Shown: positions 10,351-23,766 of the stretch, piece by piece | Layout: each line of letters opens with the position of its first letter | Position numbering within the stretch: position 1 is the first letter of the stretch | Source: Patellaria atrata CBS 101060 | Taxonomy: Eukaryota | Direction of reading: 5' to 3' | Length of the DNA: 64,000 nt | Assembly: GCA_010093705.1 (NCBI GenBank) | Contig: MU006092.1 | Coordinates: 6,623-70,622, forward strand | Notes under the pieces: model-generated | Databases searched by the model: none | The model's input: only the letters and a program-made list of their open reading frames with translations | Told to the model about the DNA's origin: nothing | Program-made: the position numbers and the translations under genes

Positions 10351-13300
10351 TCAAAGGGTCTTCCTCCACCTTGTGAAGGTGTTTACGAAGTCCCCTTGCT
10401 CATCACCAAGCTCTCTCCTTTCCTCTCCAAAACCATAACGCACCTCTCCGGCGTTATCCGCTTCTCCTTCACAGACTTGAATTAACGGCACCATACTCGG
10501 CCTACCATGCGCACATACAAATGGAAAGGCACATTCCGCCAACCTATCCACTAGCTCGCGACACCTCTTTCTGCTTAACGTATCATTGAACATTATTGCG
10601 CTTCTGCAAGCTCGTGAATTAAGCATCTCAATAATACCCGGCGGACAGTCTTGAATACGTTTTAGCCAGCGGGGTTCTGCATCAGTACTCATGTCTTGCT
10701 TCTCGGATTGACTCTGCTCTGATTGAAAGGGTGATGAAACTGAAATGACCCGGTTGGGACGCGCATGTTGACGCCACACCTCCTCACGGAGAAGTTCGAT
10801 CAGGAGCTTAGGGGTCGCCTTGCAGCGCCCGGCAATTCCGGCGGGGAGAGTGTTGACGACGAGTAGATGTTTTGTCCGGCGAGATGTTTGCGAGGGGACG
10901 GTTGAGGAAAACTCGAAGCAGATACCCCAGTCTGCGAAAAAAGGAGCATAACGTCTGAAGAGCTCCGTTTCTTGGACTGAGACCTGGAACCGGATAGGAA
11001 CGTCAAGAACCGTGTAAGCAATACGGGAAACGTGGCCGAGGGAAGTCCGGTATGAGGAGCTTGATGAAATGGGAGTGGAGAGGTCGACGAGGAGCGACTC
11101 GATGCGGATGCGTTCGTCTGCAGCGTGCTGATCGATGAGTATGAGGATTTCTGTTTGACGGTTTGGAAGGGAGACGGAGGATTCTAAGGAGTGGGTCGCG
11201 GCTAGGATGAACTTTTTGTCGACTTGGGCTATTATACGGGAGGTCTTGAGACTACGCTTAGATATTTGACTTGTTGTGAAAGGGGGGTTATCTTTTAATG
11301 CAATATTTGTTGCTCCATGTGAACAAGGGGTTGCATGGTCTTGACGAACGTCTGTATAGTCAGAAACGGGATTATCGAACCAGGCTTGTGGAATAAGGGT
11401 TTCGTTTGGTTTAAATATAGGGTTCTCCCATTGACCAAGAAGTTGACCGAGCCACTGATTCCCTGAAGTTGTAAGAGAACCTCCATTTCGATCTGCTAGC
11501 GATAACATAGAGTGAGTGGTGGATAGCATCCCCTGATCGTCTAAATTCTGGGAGACGCTCTTAGTCGTTTGAAAGGGGTTTGACCCAACTGCTCCAGTTC
11601 TTGGGTTGATTAGTGAAATCCTTTTCATTAGAGGGTCCGTCCAGCAGACATGTTCGTCTATAAATGGGCTGTGTAAGGTTTCAAGCTCTTCGAACAGTCG
11701 TTTATAGTGCACTTTACGGTAGTCGTCTATGGTACGTTCATCTATAGGCGATGTCCTCGGCGTCTCAGACGGCGTACGTGTACCGTCATTCAACTCGCCA
11801 AGTGATATATTTGGCACTTTGAAGGGGGCAGCTTTTGATGCTGATGTTTTACCAGCAATAACAGAATTTTTAGTAACCTCGCCTGGCGCCCACACCTTTT
11901 TGTAAAATGAGGTACTTCCACTCTTAATCCTACTCCAGTCACCGAATGATTCCCTTTGAGAAGTGTGTTTTCCAGAGTGCGTATCCATATTGGTCGGTAC
12001 AGTGGCAGAAATAGTCCTTTTCCGCTTGCGACCGGCTGACTTTCCAGAGAGTTCGCTACTCGGCCTTGCACTATTCTTATATTTCCCGTCATTGTGGTGT
12101 TGAAGACTGGCTTCCGGACTTGTAGATGGCCTATTGTCAGCCTCCTGTGCGAAACTGAGCCTAGTCTGGAGAAAACTTTCATCTGTTTCCTGATCACGAT
12201 TCCGTTGGCTTTGCTTTCTCCCGGCCGATTTCCGCGGCCGAAAATGATGAGCAGAGAGCCACTCGGTTATCATAGCTGATAGTACATCCGTTATAGTTTT
12301 CATGCTAGATTCACTGTCAAACAGATCCCCCGGGGTTACGTTATGGGTCGAATCTTTCACCTTGATTTGAAGTGAGAACATTGGCCATTTATTAGCTCTT
12401 TTGAGATTTCGATTGGTATAGCCGTTTGATTTGAAGCGCTTGTCGTACTTCCTCCGCTCCTTCTCCATTTCATCGATTTCTAATTCATCTTCAACGGTCC
12501 CGAAGTCAGAAAGATGGAAGAGTCGATTGACTTCATCAAACAGAGGATTGTGTCCAGACTCTGGTGACAGAGGATACATGCCAAGTGACAGGAACTGAAT
12601 CTGTTTACTTGGGGAGGGTTTTAGGAATATTACACCACGAATGGAGATTGAACTGGTCGAAGCGGCAATTGGAGAACAAGAAGAACGGTCATCAGGAATA
12701 ATGTACGACGCTTGCGTCAGAATCCTAAACAGAAGGTCAACTCGCGATGACCTGTCAGTGACAAGACCGATATTTGGTGCCGGGGAGAGGTCCCCATTCA
12801 ACACTATGCTTCGGCTTTTTTCCGCATCCTTGGTTCTTAGACAAATTGGTTTATTATATGCTAAAAGAAGAGCGACTATAGATAGCTTCAGATGATCCCA
12901 TTCCTTGTCCATCTCGGCACGTTCTTTTAGCACAGCTGCTCTTTGCTTGACCCTCACTGGCATGTTGCCAAATAGATTTCGTACTGTTACCCTTGTGCCG
13001 TGTTCACGGAAAAGTAGTTCATGTTGGGCGGGAGCAGGGATCGCACGAGATATGAGTCTAGACTGGTGTAGAGTCAAAGTATTGGTCGATCGATGGAGGT
13101 AGTGATGTGAGGTGATAGTAAGGAGCGAGAGTGCAGAAAGGGATGCCAGATAGTTGCCATTACGGCCATACTTTGGGGTTGAAACGTGGAATTTAGAAGT
13201 ATCTAAACGCTGTCAGCATTTGCATTTCAGTCTATTAAGAGGAATCACCTTACGATGGAGTTTTCCTAAACCTCCATCAGGGGTAAATTCGTCTGGAAAA

Positions 13301-13548
13301 ATTCCGAAGCCATTATCTTCGACTATACATCCTCCTCTTCGGAAGTCCACAGATACTTCTATCCTAGTTGAATCTGCATCAAGAGAGTTCTTTGCAAGTT
13401 CCAAAATCACACCTGTGAGCGTGGTTATAGTTGTAGAAGACTTGAGCTTCGCGATTACTTCCGGGGACAACGGTGATATAGGCTTTTCCTTACGTAGTTT
13501 TCCAGAAAAGCTCTCCATTTTATTGTCCCCTTTGGCCTGGGACATCAT
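10351..13548 (-). CDS. MLH3: MutL-family mismatch-repair / meiotic crossover endonuclease Mlh3
   Basis: GHKL motifs ELAKNSLDA and VEDNGFGI. C-terminal IAQVDKKFI, DQHAADERIRIE, ACRSAIMFND, CAHGRPS. One intron at ~13202-13253. Confidence 0.93.
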
Positions 13549-14217
13549 GGAGGACGTTAGTTTGACTGCTCTCTTATAGTGGCCGGAATTAGTTTCTTAT
13601 ATTTACATTTGGGAATAGAGGCAGATCAAGCAGGTCAAGTGATGAGTGAGATGTTGTAGAGGGGCATACATGACGAGTGGAGGTGAGGTGGATATAACAA
13701 GTATCTCTAATACGGGAACTACCTTGAGCCACGCGTGGGAACCTAACCCGACTAGAACTAGCGCGCCAATGCGGATCTCGTCATGCCTGTCAAGCGCCGT
13801 TGCACGTCTAAACCGTCAAAACAAACAGGCCAAACATTGCTGAAACCCAAATTCACCTACGGACGTCAAGATATCATGAGATTCCACACCAGCAAACATA
13901 CCTATCTGTTTTCCCACATCGATGTACTGATAAATGTTTGGTTTCTTACCACGCCAAAGCTTGAACTATCACGATTAGGTAGAGCTATCGTTCATATCCG
14001 CGTTCTTTCTTTAACCTCGGCCATTATTTGCTGTTCGTCGCAACACGTATCCATCCGCTTACAGCCTCGTACTTTGAAAAATTGCGCCAACTTACCAACT
14101 GTTGGCAATCAGATTTTGCTATTATATTCGCCACAATTTAGGCCTTCTGACTAGTCGTCTGTGAAGAGATCACAGTTAGGCCAACATTTGGTGACGCAAC
14201 CTTTGGCGCGCTTCAAC

Positions 14218-15483
14218 ATGGCTACCGCCGAACCAGCCGCAAGGCCACATGGTGAGCAACTTTTCTTCCATACGTAAGAGTCTTCGTGAACCCAGTTCAT
14301 AAATTAACTGTATAAATTCTTCCTAATTTTCTTCTAATACGATACGATGCCAGACCGACACACGCGACGACGTCCCTTTGCTGCCTGGATGAAGCGATTA
14401 GCGAGTCTCAAGCACTCCTCTTCAGACTCCCAAAGCAAGAGGAATCCCGTACCAGCAGCGGGATCTAAGGGCAAGAAGCCTTCTCCTTCTAAGAATAACA
14501 GTCCGTACCCGCAATCGGGACACCTCCCACGTCCACCCTCCCCCGGTAGCCCAAACGGCCACTTATCTTTTTCGACCCCTATATCCAACCGTAACGGCAG
14601 CGCTTCGTCCCTAGAAGATGGCTACGACTCCGCTGGCATGCCAGCCCCAGGTAAGCGCTCTGTAGCACCAACTGTAGCTACAAATCCGGAAACCGTGAAC
14701 TCGGAAGCGGGACAATCCAAGACCGGCACGAGCGCTACCGTAGGCGGGAATAGCACTTTTTCCTCGCCCTCCCAATCCGTGCGGTCTCTCACAACAACTC
14801 TAACCACAATCCAATCTACTGCGCCTTCTGCACTGCTCAACCAACCGCCCGCTGCACCATCACCCACCGCCACTCAACTCACCCACTTCACCCACCAATA
14901 CCCCATCTCGCCTCCTGCATCCGCTGTGCCCTCCCATCTTCAACCCCATACTCACCCGACCACCTACTCTACCGCCACTGCTAACAACATATTAACCGAC
15001 AACGCCTCAATCCTGACCCTCGCATCCTCTTCCAAGCATCGTCGCCGCCATAGTCTCGACACAAACGCTTCTGTACGGGCGTTAGCCCCCTCCTCTCTGT
15101 GGGGCGGCTCTAGAGAATCTCTCCCTCTCAGCGTTCTCAGCGGCAACGTCGATGCCGCATCACCGGCGCAGTCTACCTCCCAGACCGCGTCCGGGGCCCC
15201 GCGCTCTTTTACAGCTGGACTCGCATCCGCGGAGCGCGCAAGCGTTTATTCGAACTCAGCGACTCTAGCAGCTGAGCGTAATAGCTACTACGCCAAGGAT
15301 CGCGAGGCAGGAAGTGTGAGGAGTGGGCTACTAGGTCATGGGAAGTCCGACAGTGTTAGCGGAAGTATCGCTGGTCCAGCTCCTGCAGGCAGTCCACTGG
15401 CGAGTCCGAGAGAGAGTGTCGCACCGAGGAGTTGGAGGAGGAGTGCGGAGGGAGAAGAGAGTGGGGACGAGAGGGAGGGATGA
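14218..15483 (+). CDS. Conserved Ser/Thr/Pro-rich fungal hypothetical protein
   Basis: 378-aa ORF 14347-15483 (PFAAWMKRL, DNASILTLASSSK, ASVRALAPSS). A probable short first exon from ATG 14218 splices in frame at 14354. Confidence 0.75.
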
Positions 15484-16240
15484 GGTCCTGACGTCGGGTG
15501 GTGTTCTGCAATCGCTTGTTTTGAGGTTATAATCTTTTGATTGGGTGGGTAATGGGAGTCCGAATACGAAGGCGGGAGGATTGTACGATTAGGCCAGGCA
15601 GAGGCGTAATAGGTTCGAGGTCTATGCAGGACAGTCAAAGGGGTAGACCGATAGTTGGTGGGAAATATTGTTCGACACATCTACTATACTTCAAGCATAA
15701 TTGAAGACATCGCTTTGTAGTATGTTAGGGCCAACTTAGGGCGGGCAACTATACCGACAGCGATCTGCTCCCCATGCGTGGAGACTTGCGGGAGCAAGTC
15801 GTAGACTTCGAATTTGCAATACTTTTGGGACTTTACTGTATGATAATATAAGGACATATCACTGGCATAAGTGATACTGGAAAAAGACAGAAACATCAAT
15901 TTATAGAATCATGTCTTCATTTCTGCAGAACGGGACAGGACAACCATAACACCCTTATCAAGGTCAGTTTAACAACCCTTTTGAGGGCTATATCCGCTTA
16001 AGATAGCAATCCCCCCTCAGTAGAACCACTTTAGAGAAGCAAAAGTGTAAAACAAGAAGCTTCCCACCACGCCTTACTATGCATATCTTCTAATCATGCT
16101 ACCAAGTCCCTCTGGATATAAAATCAGCTTATGGGAAAGCCTTAAACTCCAAGCGCCTCCCTAAACCGAAGAAAAAGAAAAGTGAGTATGAACGATATCT
16201 AATCTGACAGGAGAAATAGAGATCATTTTGCTGCATATCA

Positions 16241-19200
16241 CTACCCAAATCCTCTTCCCTCAAATCCAGCACTAGTCTGCCGTCTCCTCCTCTCACCCTT
16301 GCCCCTATCCATTGTAACCTTTGGGGGAATATGCGTGGGCGTCAAATTCTCCTCTCCCCGCGACTTGATCTGTACAGGAGCTGTAGCCAGACTAACCCTT
16401 CCCTGCATCTTAACGCCACTAGTACGAGGTAGCCTGCTCCTTGCACTTGCCGATTGTGCACCGTTTGGCACTGACGCTTTCCCGTCGCGGGAAGCGGGTC
16501 TGAATGACGGTGTCAGTAGTGCTGAGGGCGGTCGGGGGGAGCGGACCGAAGAATCAAGTGTCGGGATCGAAGTCGAGCCCTCGAAGTATGCCACTGAAGC
16601 TGTTGCGGAACGTGTAAGTTGCGGTGTTGGGGGCATGGACTGAGACGCGATGAGGGAAGGCGGGGTCATGGATGTGGAAGAACTCGATCTTCGCATGCCA
16701 GAGCGGAGACGAGGCCCGTCAATATTGCGGCGAAGGTGGGAGTCTGCAGAGCGGATGAGGTCGGAGGCCATTTCGCGGACGAGGATGGCAGGATCGTTCT
16801 CAGCAAGATGTTGAATTTGGTCGTACATGCCGTATTGATGGATGAGGGCGCCTTGCTCTTCTGTGCCTTCACATATGGTTTTCACTATGCGGAGGAGGCC
16901 TAAACGCACGAAGGCTTTTTTGGTGAGGAGACGTTGCATGGCTCGGGAGAAGATTTGCGGTTGTGCAAGCGATGCGGCGACGGGAGGAGATAGACGAATG
17001 AGCTTTTGAAGGGGCTCTAGAAAGTTTTCGAAAGCATCGGCAGAGACCTCGGGATTAGTGAAGCAGCCAACGATGGCTTTACTGAAAGAACCTTCAAGGA
17101 GATGCTGCTCCACTCGAGCGGTCTCTTCCTGTAGCCTGTATTTCGTTAACCATATACTCATACTCGAAAGCGTAACATGATACTTACCAAACAAAGATAG
17201 CGTCGAGTGCAGTCACCTGCCAATATTTGTCGGCTAGTAACGAGATGTAGAATTGCAGGCCCTTATTCTGCCATAAGATCTTTCTTCCGACTTTTCCTGA
17301 GTGAGCCATATCGCATAGTATTGGTAAGGCGAACTCCTTCAAAGGCCATTCGGTTTGTACAATACGTTGTAGGAGTGGAATGAGGCCTGATAGTGCAGCA
17401 TCTTCTTGCCTTGTCTTACTCAACCTACAAAGATTGTACATTATGTTCAAAACTTGGTTCGAAATTTCTCGGAAATGACGAGACTTCATATTTTCGCTTA
17501 GCAGGTCAGTAAGCACCTCGATAGCATTTGAGTTCTGCATGGAGTCATGAGTCGTAGAGAGCATGGAAAGATTCTTGATGAATTTGAGCATCGTGATCTG
17601 ATGAGTCGGTGTCATCCGCCCTAGATCTTTGAGAACACCTATGATACGTTAGAGGTATGAAGTAAAGCGAATTCATTATACTCACGCTTTAATATCATGC
17701 GATCTGCAACCGCGTCTTTTACAAAGTTTTCCGCTTGAGAAAAGAAGAAGAAAATGTTTACAATGCGACCTTCGACCAATTGCGCGAGCTCGCCGCTTTT
17801 CTTTTCGTCTAGTACTTTACTCAAAACTTGAGACAATGGATACAGAACGTTTCTCCGTGAAAATATTCGGCAGAAGTCGTTCTTGGGCGTAGGCCCCTGA
17901 GATAATATCGGTAATGAACTTCAAAGGGGAGAGAAGGACTCACCTGCAGCTCGAAAACACTCCAGACTCCGTTTACACCGATGAGGACAAGATCTCGTTC
18001 AGTTTCGAGATCCTCCTCTAAGAACTCCACTAGTACATTGAGTCCACCACAACTGATGAACATCTGGAGTGTTAGTGTAGAAGTTTGATACATTTGCCGA
18101 ACGAAGGCGGCGGCTTCCAACCGAATCTCGCTAGAGTACTTCTTATGGGCAAATTGAGATATAATGGGTATCCCACCAACGAAACAGAGCGTCTCCTGAA
18201 TCTCAACATTTTCGAAAATGATCTTACCCTTAGTCAGCACTAGTTCCCAGTATAGATGGGGGAAAGAGTACCATGTTAATGATCTTCAGGAGTCGTAGTA
18301 TCACGTCTCTACTCTGACAGATCTCTAGAGTTTCTAATATTGGTAGCATGCCGTGTGAGCTGATGATGACGCTTTTGATAGTAGGCGATTCCTGAAGGAC
18401 TTGCATCTAGGAAATCATCAATAATGCTCTAGTTGTGGCCACGTTTAAGACAAACCAGCTGCTGAGATATATCTACTAGGTCGGCCTCTTCGTCTTGCGC
18501 CATCTTGAGGGATCCAATCAAGCCCTCGACAAGAGTACACAAGCGTGCATATCGGTCGCGGGCTACATTGGTCTCGAGATCTAGCCATATTTAATATTTA
18601 CTGACCCAGATAACAGATATACCTTACCCATTTCATCGAATTCCTCTTCCAGCTGAGCAAAAGGGTCATCCTCGTCTTCTTCGTCCCCAAGCTATATTGA
18701 AATTAGCCAAACAGAAATATGTTTTCAATGCTCTGGGACTCACCCAAGAACCCGAAAGTTTCGAGTTGATCATGATCAAGTTTCCACTTCTATCTGACCC
18801 GCTGTCGCTATCTGCTTTTGACAAGATCGACCCATCTTTGCCGAATATGTCTGAAAAATCTTCATCCTCAACGTCTTCCGCATATTTCTGAATCTCTAGA
18901 TTAGAATGCGATCTTCGCATCAACAACTCTTCGTGCTCCTTAACAGGTGTGGGAACAGTAGGAAACCTACGCAAGCTGGTAGCTTTTCTGGTTGACTGAG
19001 TCGACTTTGGTACCTGTTTGAGATCTGACGGATGAAATAACTTCGGTGAAAAGGAATCTTCATTCTGTGCTTTCATGACTTCCAGTTTCTTCTGGAACGC
19101 TGCATCGTCAGCTGCCTCATATATGAGATCCGAATAGTCCTCGACACTGTCTTCACGAAATAGTGTTGTTGGCCGTGACGATTTCGATGATCGGGGTCTT

Positions 19201-21014
19201 GAAGGGACCGTGGTAGATGGTCCGCTTCGAACTGGATGGGCCTTAGGTTGCGATAAAGTCCTTTGCCTATGCGAGGAAGCTTTCGAGCTCTGTGGCGGAG
19301 AGGGTACAGCCGTCTGTTTGCCTTTCCTAGCGGTTAATGGACGAACGGTTTCAAGGGGGTCTGTCTGTGTCCACTGGACCGGGCTTTTCATTGTCACTTC
19401 GCCATCAAATGCATCGTCCAGACTCGATTCTTCCACTACGCTCTCAAAAGTTGCAAAAGACTTAAGTCGGTCTGAGGAGAGCTGTCCTCCGAAGTTGTCG
19501 TGAGGCCTCAGGTGCGGAAGTCGTAGCGCGCTTGGACTTATAGCGGTTGCGAAATCCGCGTCCCAGTTATCATCATCGCTGTCGCCATCCTGAGATCTGA
19601 ACATATCAGGGTTTGGTCTCGACTTTGGGATATTGAGCGACGATTTAGTTGGGGCAGAAGCGCCAAACTGCTGAGCCATGTCTTTCTTTAGTGGAATTGA
19701 ATGTGGTAACCCTTGTGATGATACATGGCGCAAAGTATGCATGCTAGTGGGTGACTTCAATGCCTCGTTCCATTCCTGAACGGATTTGACGGCTTGCTTC
19801 GCCGGGATGACAGCATCCGCACGTTTAGCGCTCATTATCCAGGGGTGTCGTAAGAGCTTTTTGGCTGAGACTCGAAGGTTTGGATCCTTCTGGAAGCACT
19901 GCATAAGAAAGTCTCTTACGGCCTACGAATATATTAGTCTCGTGCTAGTAGGAATGTATTCATGAGTACTTACGGGTGACGCTCCTTCTGGGAGTGGGGG
20001 ATGATCATCGTTGACTATCCTGAAAAGAGCCGGCATCGGTTGTAATTTGTGATAAGGCGGCTTCCCATCGAGGAGTTCAATAACAGTACATCCTAAGCTC
20101 CAGATATCTGACGCAGTAGTAGCTCCTGACAGCTCTATTACCTCCGGCGCCATCCAGTACGGTGTACCAACAACGCTGGATTCGCTCAGACCTGTAGCCT
20201 TTGTTGCAACGCCGAAGTCCGCGAGTTTAACTAAACCATCCTTCGTCGTCAAGATGTTTGCGCCCTTAATGTCTCTATGGATAACACCCTGGTCGTGGAG
20301 ATAGAGTAGACCGTGTAAGACCTGGGTCATATATAGCGCTACAAGATTCTCCGGGAATTTCCCAAAGTTCTTACATATTGAATGAAGAGAACCGTTCTCA
20401 CAATATCTACATAAGGTCAGCATACTGCGGAGAATATGGGACCCAGCTCGAACAATTTCATACTCTAATATAATATATAAGGATTCAGCAGACTTCACGA
20501 AGCCGTGATATTTGACAATATTTGGGTGCTGTGGGATGCATGTGAGTATCCGGAAGCGAATGCAGGGCAGATCAAAGATGACATACATTGAGGTTTTTCA
20601 GGAGGTCGATTTCGAGCTGTGTACGAACATTAGTATCAATAGAATAAGGATAAAAGTCCCAGGTCTGCCATACCATGATAACCCTCAATTCGCTCTTGGG
20701 AAGATCTGCTAGCTTGACTTGCTTAATAGCAACAGTCTCCCCAGTATTCCAATTCAATGCTCGGTACACCGACCCAAAAGCCCCCTTGCCCAGGCAATCT
20801 CCTAGTTGCTGTTGCTTCGTCAGTTTCAATGTAGCACAGTCTCCCCTGGGCAGGTCCATACATAATCTTTCAGTCCCGCAACATCTTGTGCCGCTTTCTG
20901 CGCCGTTCCATCTTTACTCGGCAAAGCAGCAAGCTGCTTCCCTAGTTTCCCATGTCCATGATCATGCCGTGCTTGTAGATGTTTTGCGGGCGATTTGGGC
21001 GGATGAGACACCAT
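16241..21014 (-). CDS. sepH: Septation initiation / mitotic exit kinase SepH (Cdc7/Cdc15 family), multi-exon
   Basis: [46 protein letters not shown], followed by armadillo-like C-terminal repeats. Confidence 0.93.
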
Positions 21015-21811
21015 TGTTAGTGTTAGGAGAGAGCTGCAGCGGTAATGTTAACGTCGAGAGAGGATGTGGGTATGGTGGAGGACCAGACCGTTGCTGTGGC
21101 CTTCATAGCAGAAGTAACGACAATGTTGGAATCCACCCTTACTGGTTAAAGGTATTGGTAGGCATTCACTGCCCCGCGGGGTTGAGACGTGCTATAAGGT
21201 AGCTTTGTATCGTACTCGTAGGGATCCTGGGTTCGGATGATGTTACGAATTGAGTGCACACGCGACAAGCAGCTTCGATCCACGCATAGGCGATTCACTT
21301 TTTCGTGAAGAGTCGTAACGTCGTAAGGCTGAAGTAAAGAGGAAGGTCCACAGAACTACGGTAACTTGAATCCAAATTTTTGTTAAAGTACGTATGCACG
21401 ACAGGAAAACATGAGGAAATTGGGAAGGTTGCTATCTGGGAACCGTTCCCGAAGAGACCCCGTTTTAGACCGACTTACAGTATTGAACGGGAGCAAAAAA
21501 ATCGCTATAGGTACCGTTAGAGCGCACGAACACGACACGAAAAAGTTTGTGGTTGACATGCTTGGTTGTCATTGCAAGATGTAATAAGATGAAGGGATTA
21601 TTATTAGGCGATTGGGTAAATGGCAGAACTCCAAACCGAGCTGGTCCCTGGGAATGTTAAAAGTCATGGCATGAATACCGTACGTGGCTCCAGATCCAAC
21701 AGAGCTTTCATATCAAGACTTTTTGAGAACTTCATTCCTCGATATGAATCACATGATAATCGCAAACCCGAATGCCTATCATCGTCTCATTCATACAACC
21801 AAACATACCCA

Positions 21812-22906
21812 TCACCTCCCGGAAACTACATTCAATACCCCTCCATCTACGGCAAGAATCTCCCCATTAACATAATTATTCTTCGCTAGAAACAGCTATA
21901 GAACCATCGTTAGCTAAGTATTCTCGTCCAGAGCTGAAAATACTGACCACAGCCTGCGCCATCTCCTCATCACTCCCCGCCCTTTCAGCCGGTACATGAC
22001 CCTTCTCCTGAATCTTGTCGTCCGGTAAGTGGCTCTTGTTGTCCGACCCACTCTCTTTCGCCGTCATTTCGCTGGGGAAGTATCCCGGTGCGATGCTATT
22101 CACTCTTATTCTGAGCTTTTGAAATTCAGCGCTCATGAGTTTGGTCAAGTGCACGGTGCCGCCTTTCGCGGTGTTGTAGTTGAAGTGGCCTGCAAATGCT
22201 TAACGCCTTGTGAAATCCACTTAGAATTGAGGATGAGTTTACCCTGAGACTCCCGCATGATGCCGCTCATACTTGATATCACAATGACTGAGGCTGAGAG
22301 ATGGCCATGGTGCTCTGTACCAGCTTGCAAAAGAGGGAGAAAAGCGACGGTGGAGAAGTATACGGCAGTGACATCTGTGCTATAAGTTTCGTTCCACTCT
22401 TCGAACGTCTCATTGTTCCAAAGCTTCGCTTTGAGATCAGATGCCTCCTCTTTGTCGGGTTCTGCTTTAGTTCCCGCAACACCAGCGGCACATACTATTC
22501 ACCGTCAGAAATATGTTTGGCCACCCTATCGAATCACCAGGCCACGTACTTAGCAGATTGATGAACTTCTCTTTACTCTCGACCTCTTTAGCAATCGCTT
22601 CCAAGTCCTGCTTCTTTGTAACGTCACAAGGGCCTAATCTACAAGAGCGTGAGCTTTGGTCCAATAAATTGTCGTTCATAGTTGAAAGACTTACGGGATG
22701 ATGCTCCCACCATCCTGAATCTCATGCTGCGTCGCCGATTGCTCCAGCACCTCCTTTCTCCTGCCGGTGATATATATCTTAGCACCATTCGCAGCCAGTA
22801 CCTGGGCTGCCATCAACCCAATGCCCGTTCCACCTCCGGTAATGACACACACATAGTCCTTCACCGAGAACAGCTTCTCGACCTTCAATTGAGAAGTTTG
22901 GGCCAT
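21812..22906 (-). CDS. Short-chain dehydrogenase/reductase (multi-exon)
   Basis: TGGGTGIG, CDVT, YNTAK catalytic motif, RVNSIAPGYFPSEM, YVNGEILAVDGG. Stop TGA at 21812. Confidence 0.9.
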
Positions 22907-23766
22907 TGTTGAAGCTAAGGTTGTCTCGTTTTAGAATTACTTGAAATAGAAAATGGTTTTTGTCTTTCAGTAAAGAAAAGGTAATGAAAAGGTTAAGTTG
23001 TTTGTATGTAATCTCGGAATTTTTATGATTCTACCTTACCTGTCAGGTATGGAAAGAACCCAATGCTCGACAGTACCTTCCGTTACGCCACACCTACCTT
23101 ACCTCATTCTCACGGCATGCTTGAACCTTACGCATGACGTAGTTGCTCGTCGAACTTTAAAACAGCCGCGCGCTAGGGTAGACGCCAAGATCTAGCTTCG
23201 CTTATTCCCTGTCACGTGCAAATAACTCGTCTCAAATATTATAAGTCTGCTACAGTATTTACGTTGCGCGAGAGGGACGCTAGGAAATTGCGACGCGCTA
23301 ACACCACCTGGTTGATGAAAACACTCCAGCGTGCTGAAAACCCTCCTTCAACACCTGAGTATAGGACGCGTTCAGAGAGAAAACGGAGAAGGGAGGAATA
23401 TGTTAGGGGAGATAGGTATCTGCAGTCACAATTGCTCATACAAAATCTTGTAGAAGGTGGTGAAGGTTCGGGAGAAATGCGTCTAGAATAAGAGTCGAGA
23501 CCCAATACCGAGCAGATCCTCTGAAAGGGCCGATATAGATATCTTCTTCGATGGCAGGGGATGGGCTATGGAAGGTCCATAGCTGCTGTAATGGAGGAAG
23601 GGTAAGAAGAAGCCGGGTAGCACGGGATGTCCTGTATGCTTTGTACGGCGAGGGGCTTCCTAGATGTTGATCTTCAGGGCCACGGTATTCCCGATATGCA
23701 GCTGAATGCTCAGGTCATTGGCCTGGCAGATGGTTCACGGGGTGAACCCTTCATCATTCTATCATA

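Noticed and set aside
13731..13736. ACGCGT (MCB-like) upstream of MLH3
   Set aside because: A single hexamer is insufficient evidence.
23674..23759. ATGATGA...CTGA boxes and a 7-bp hairpin in the ICE2 3' UTR (C/D snoRNA- or SECIS-like)
   Set aside because: No proper terminal stem or recognisable rRNA guide, SECIS helix II does not form, and there is no in-frame UGA in ICE2.
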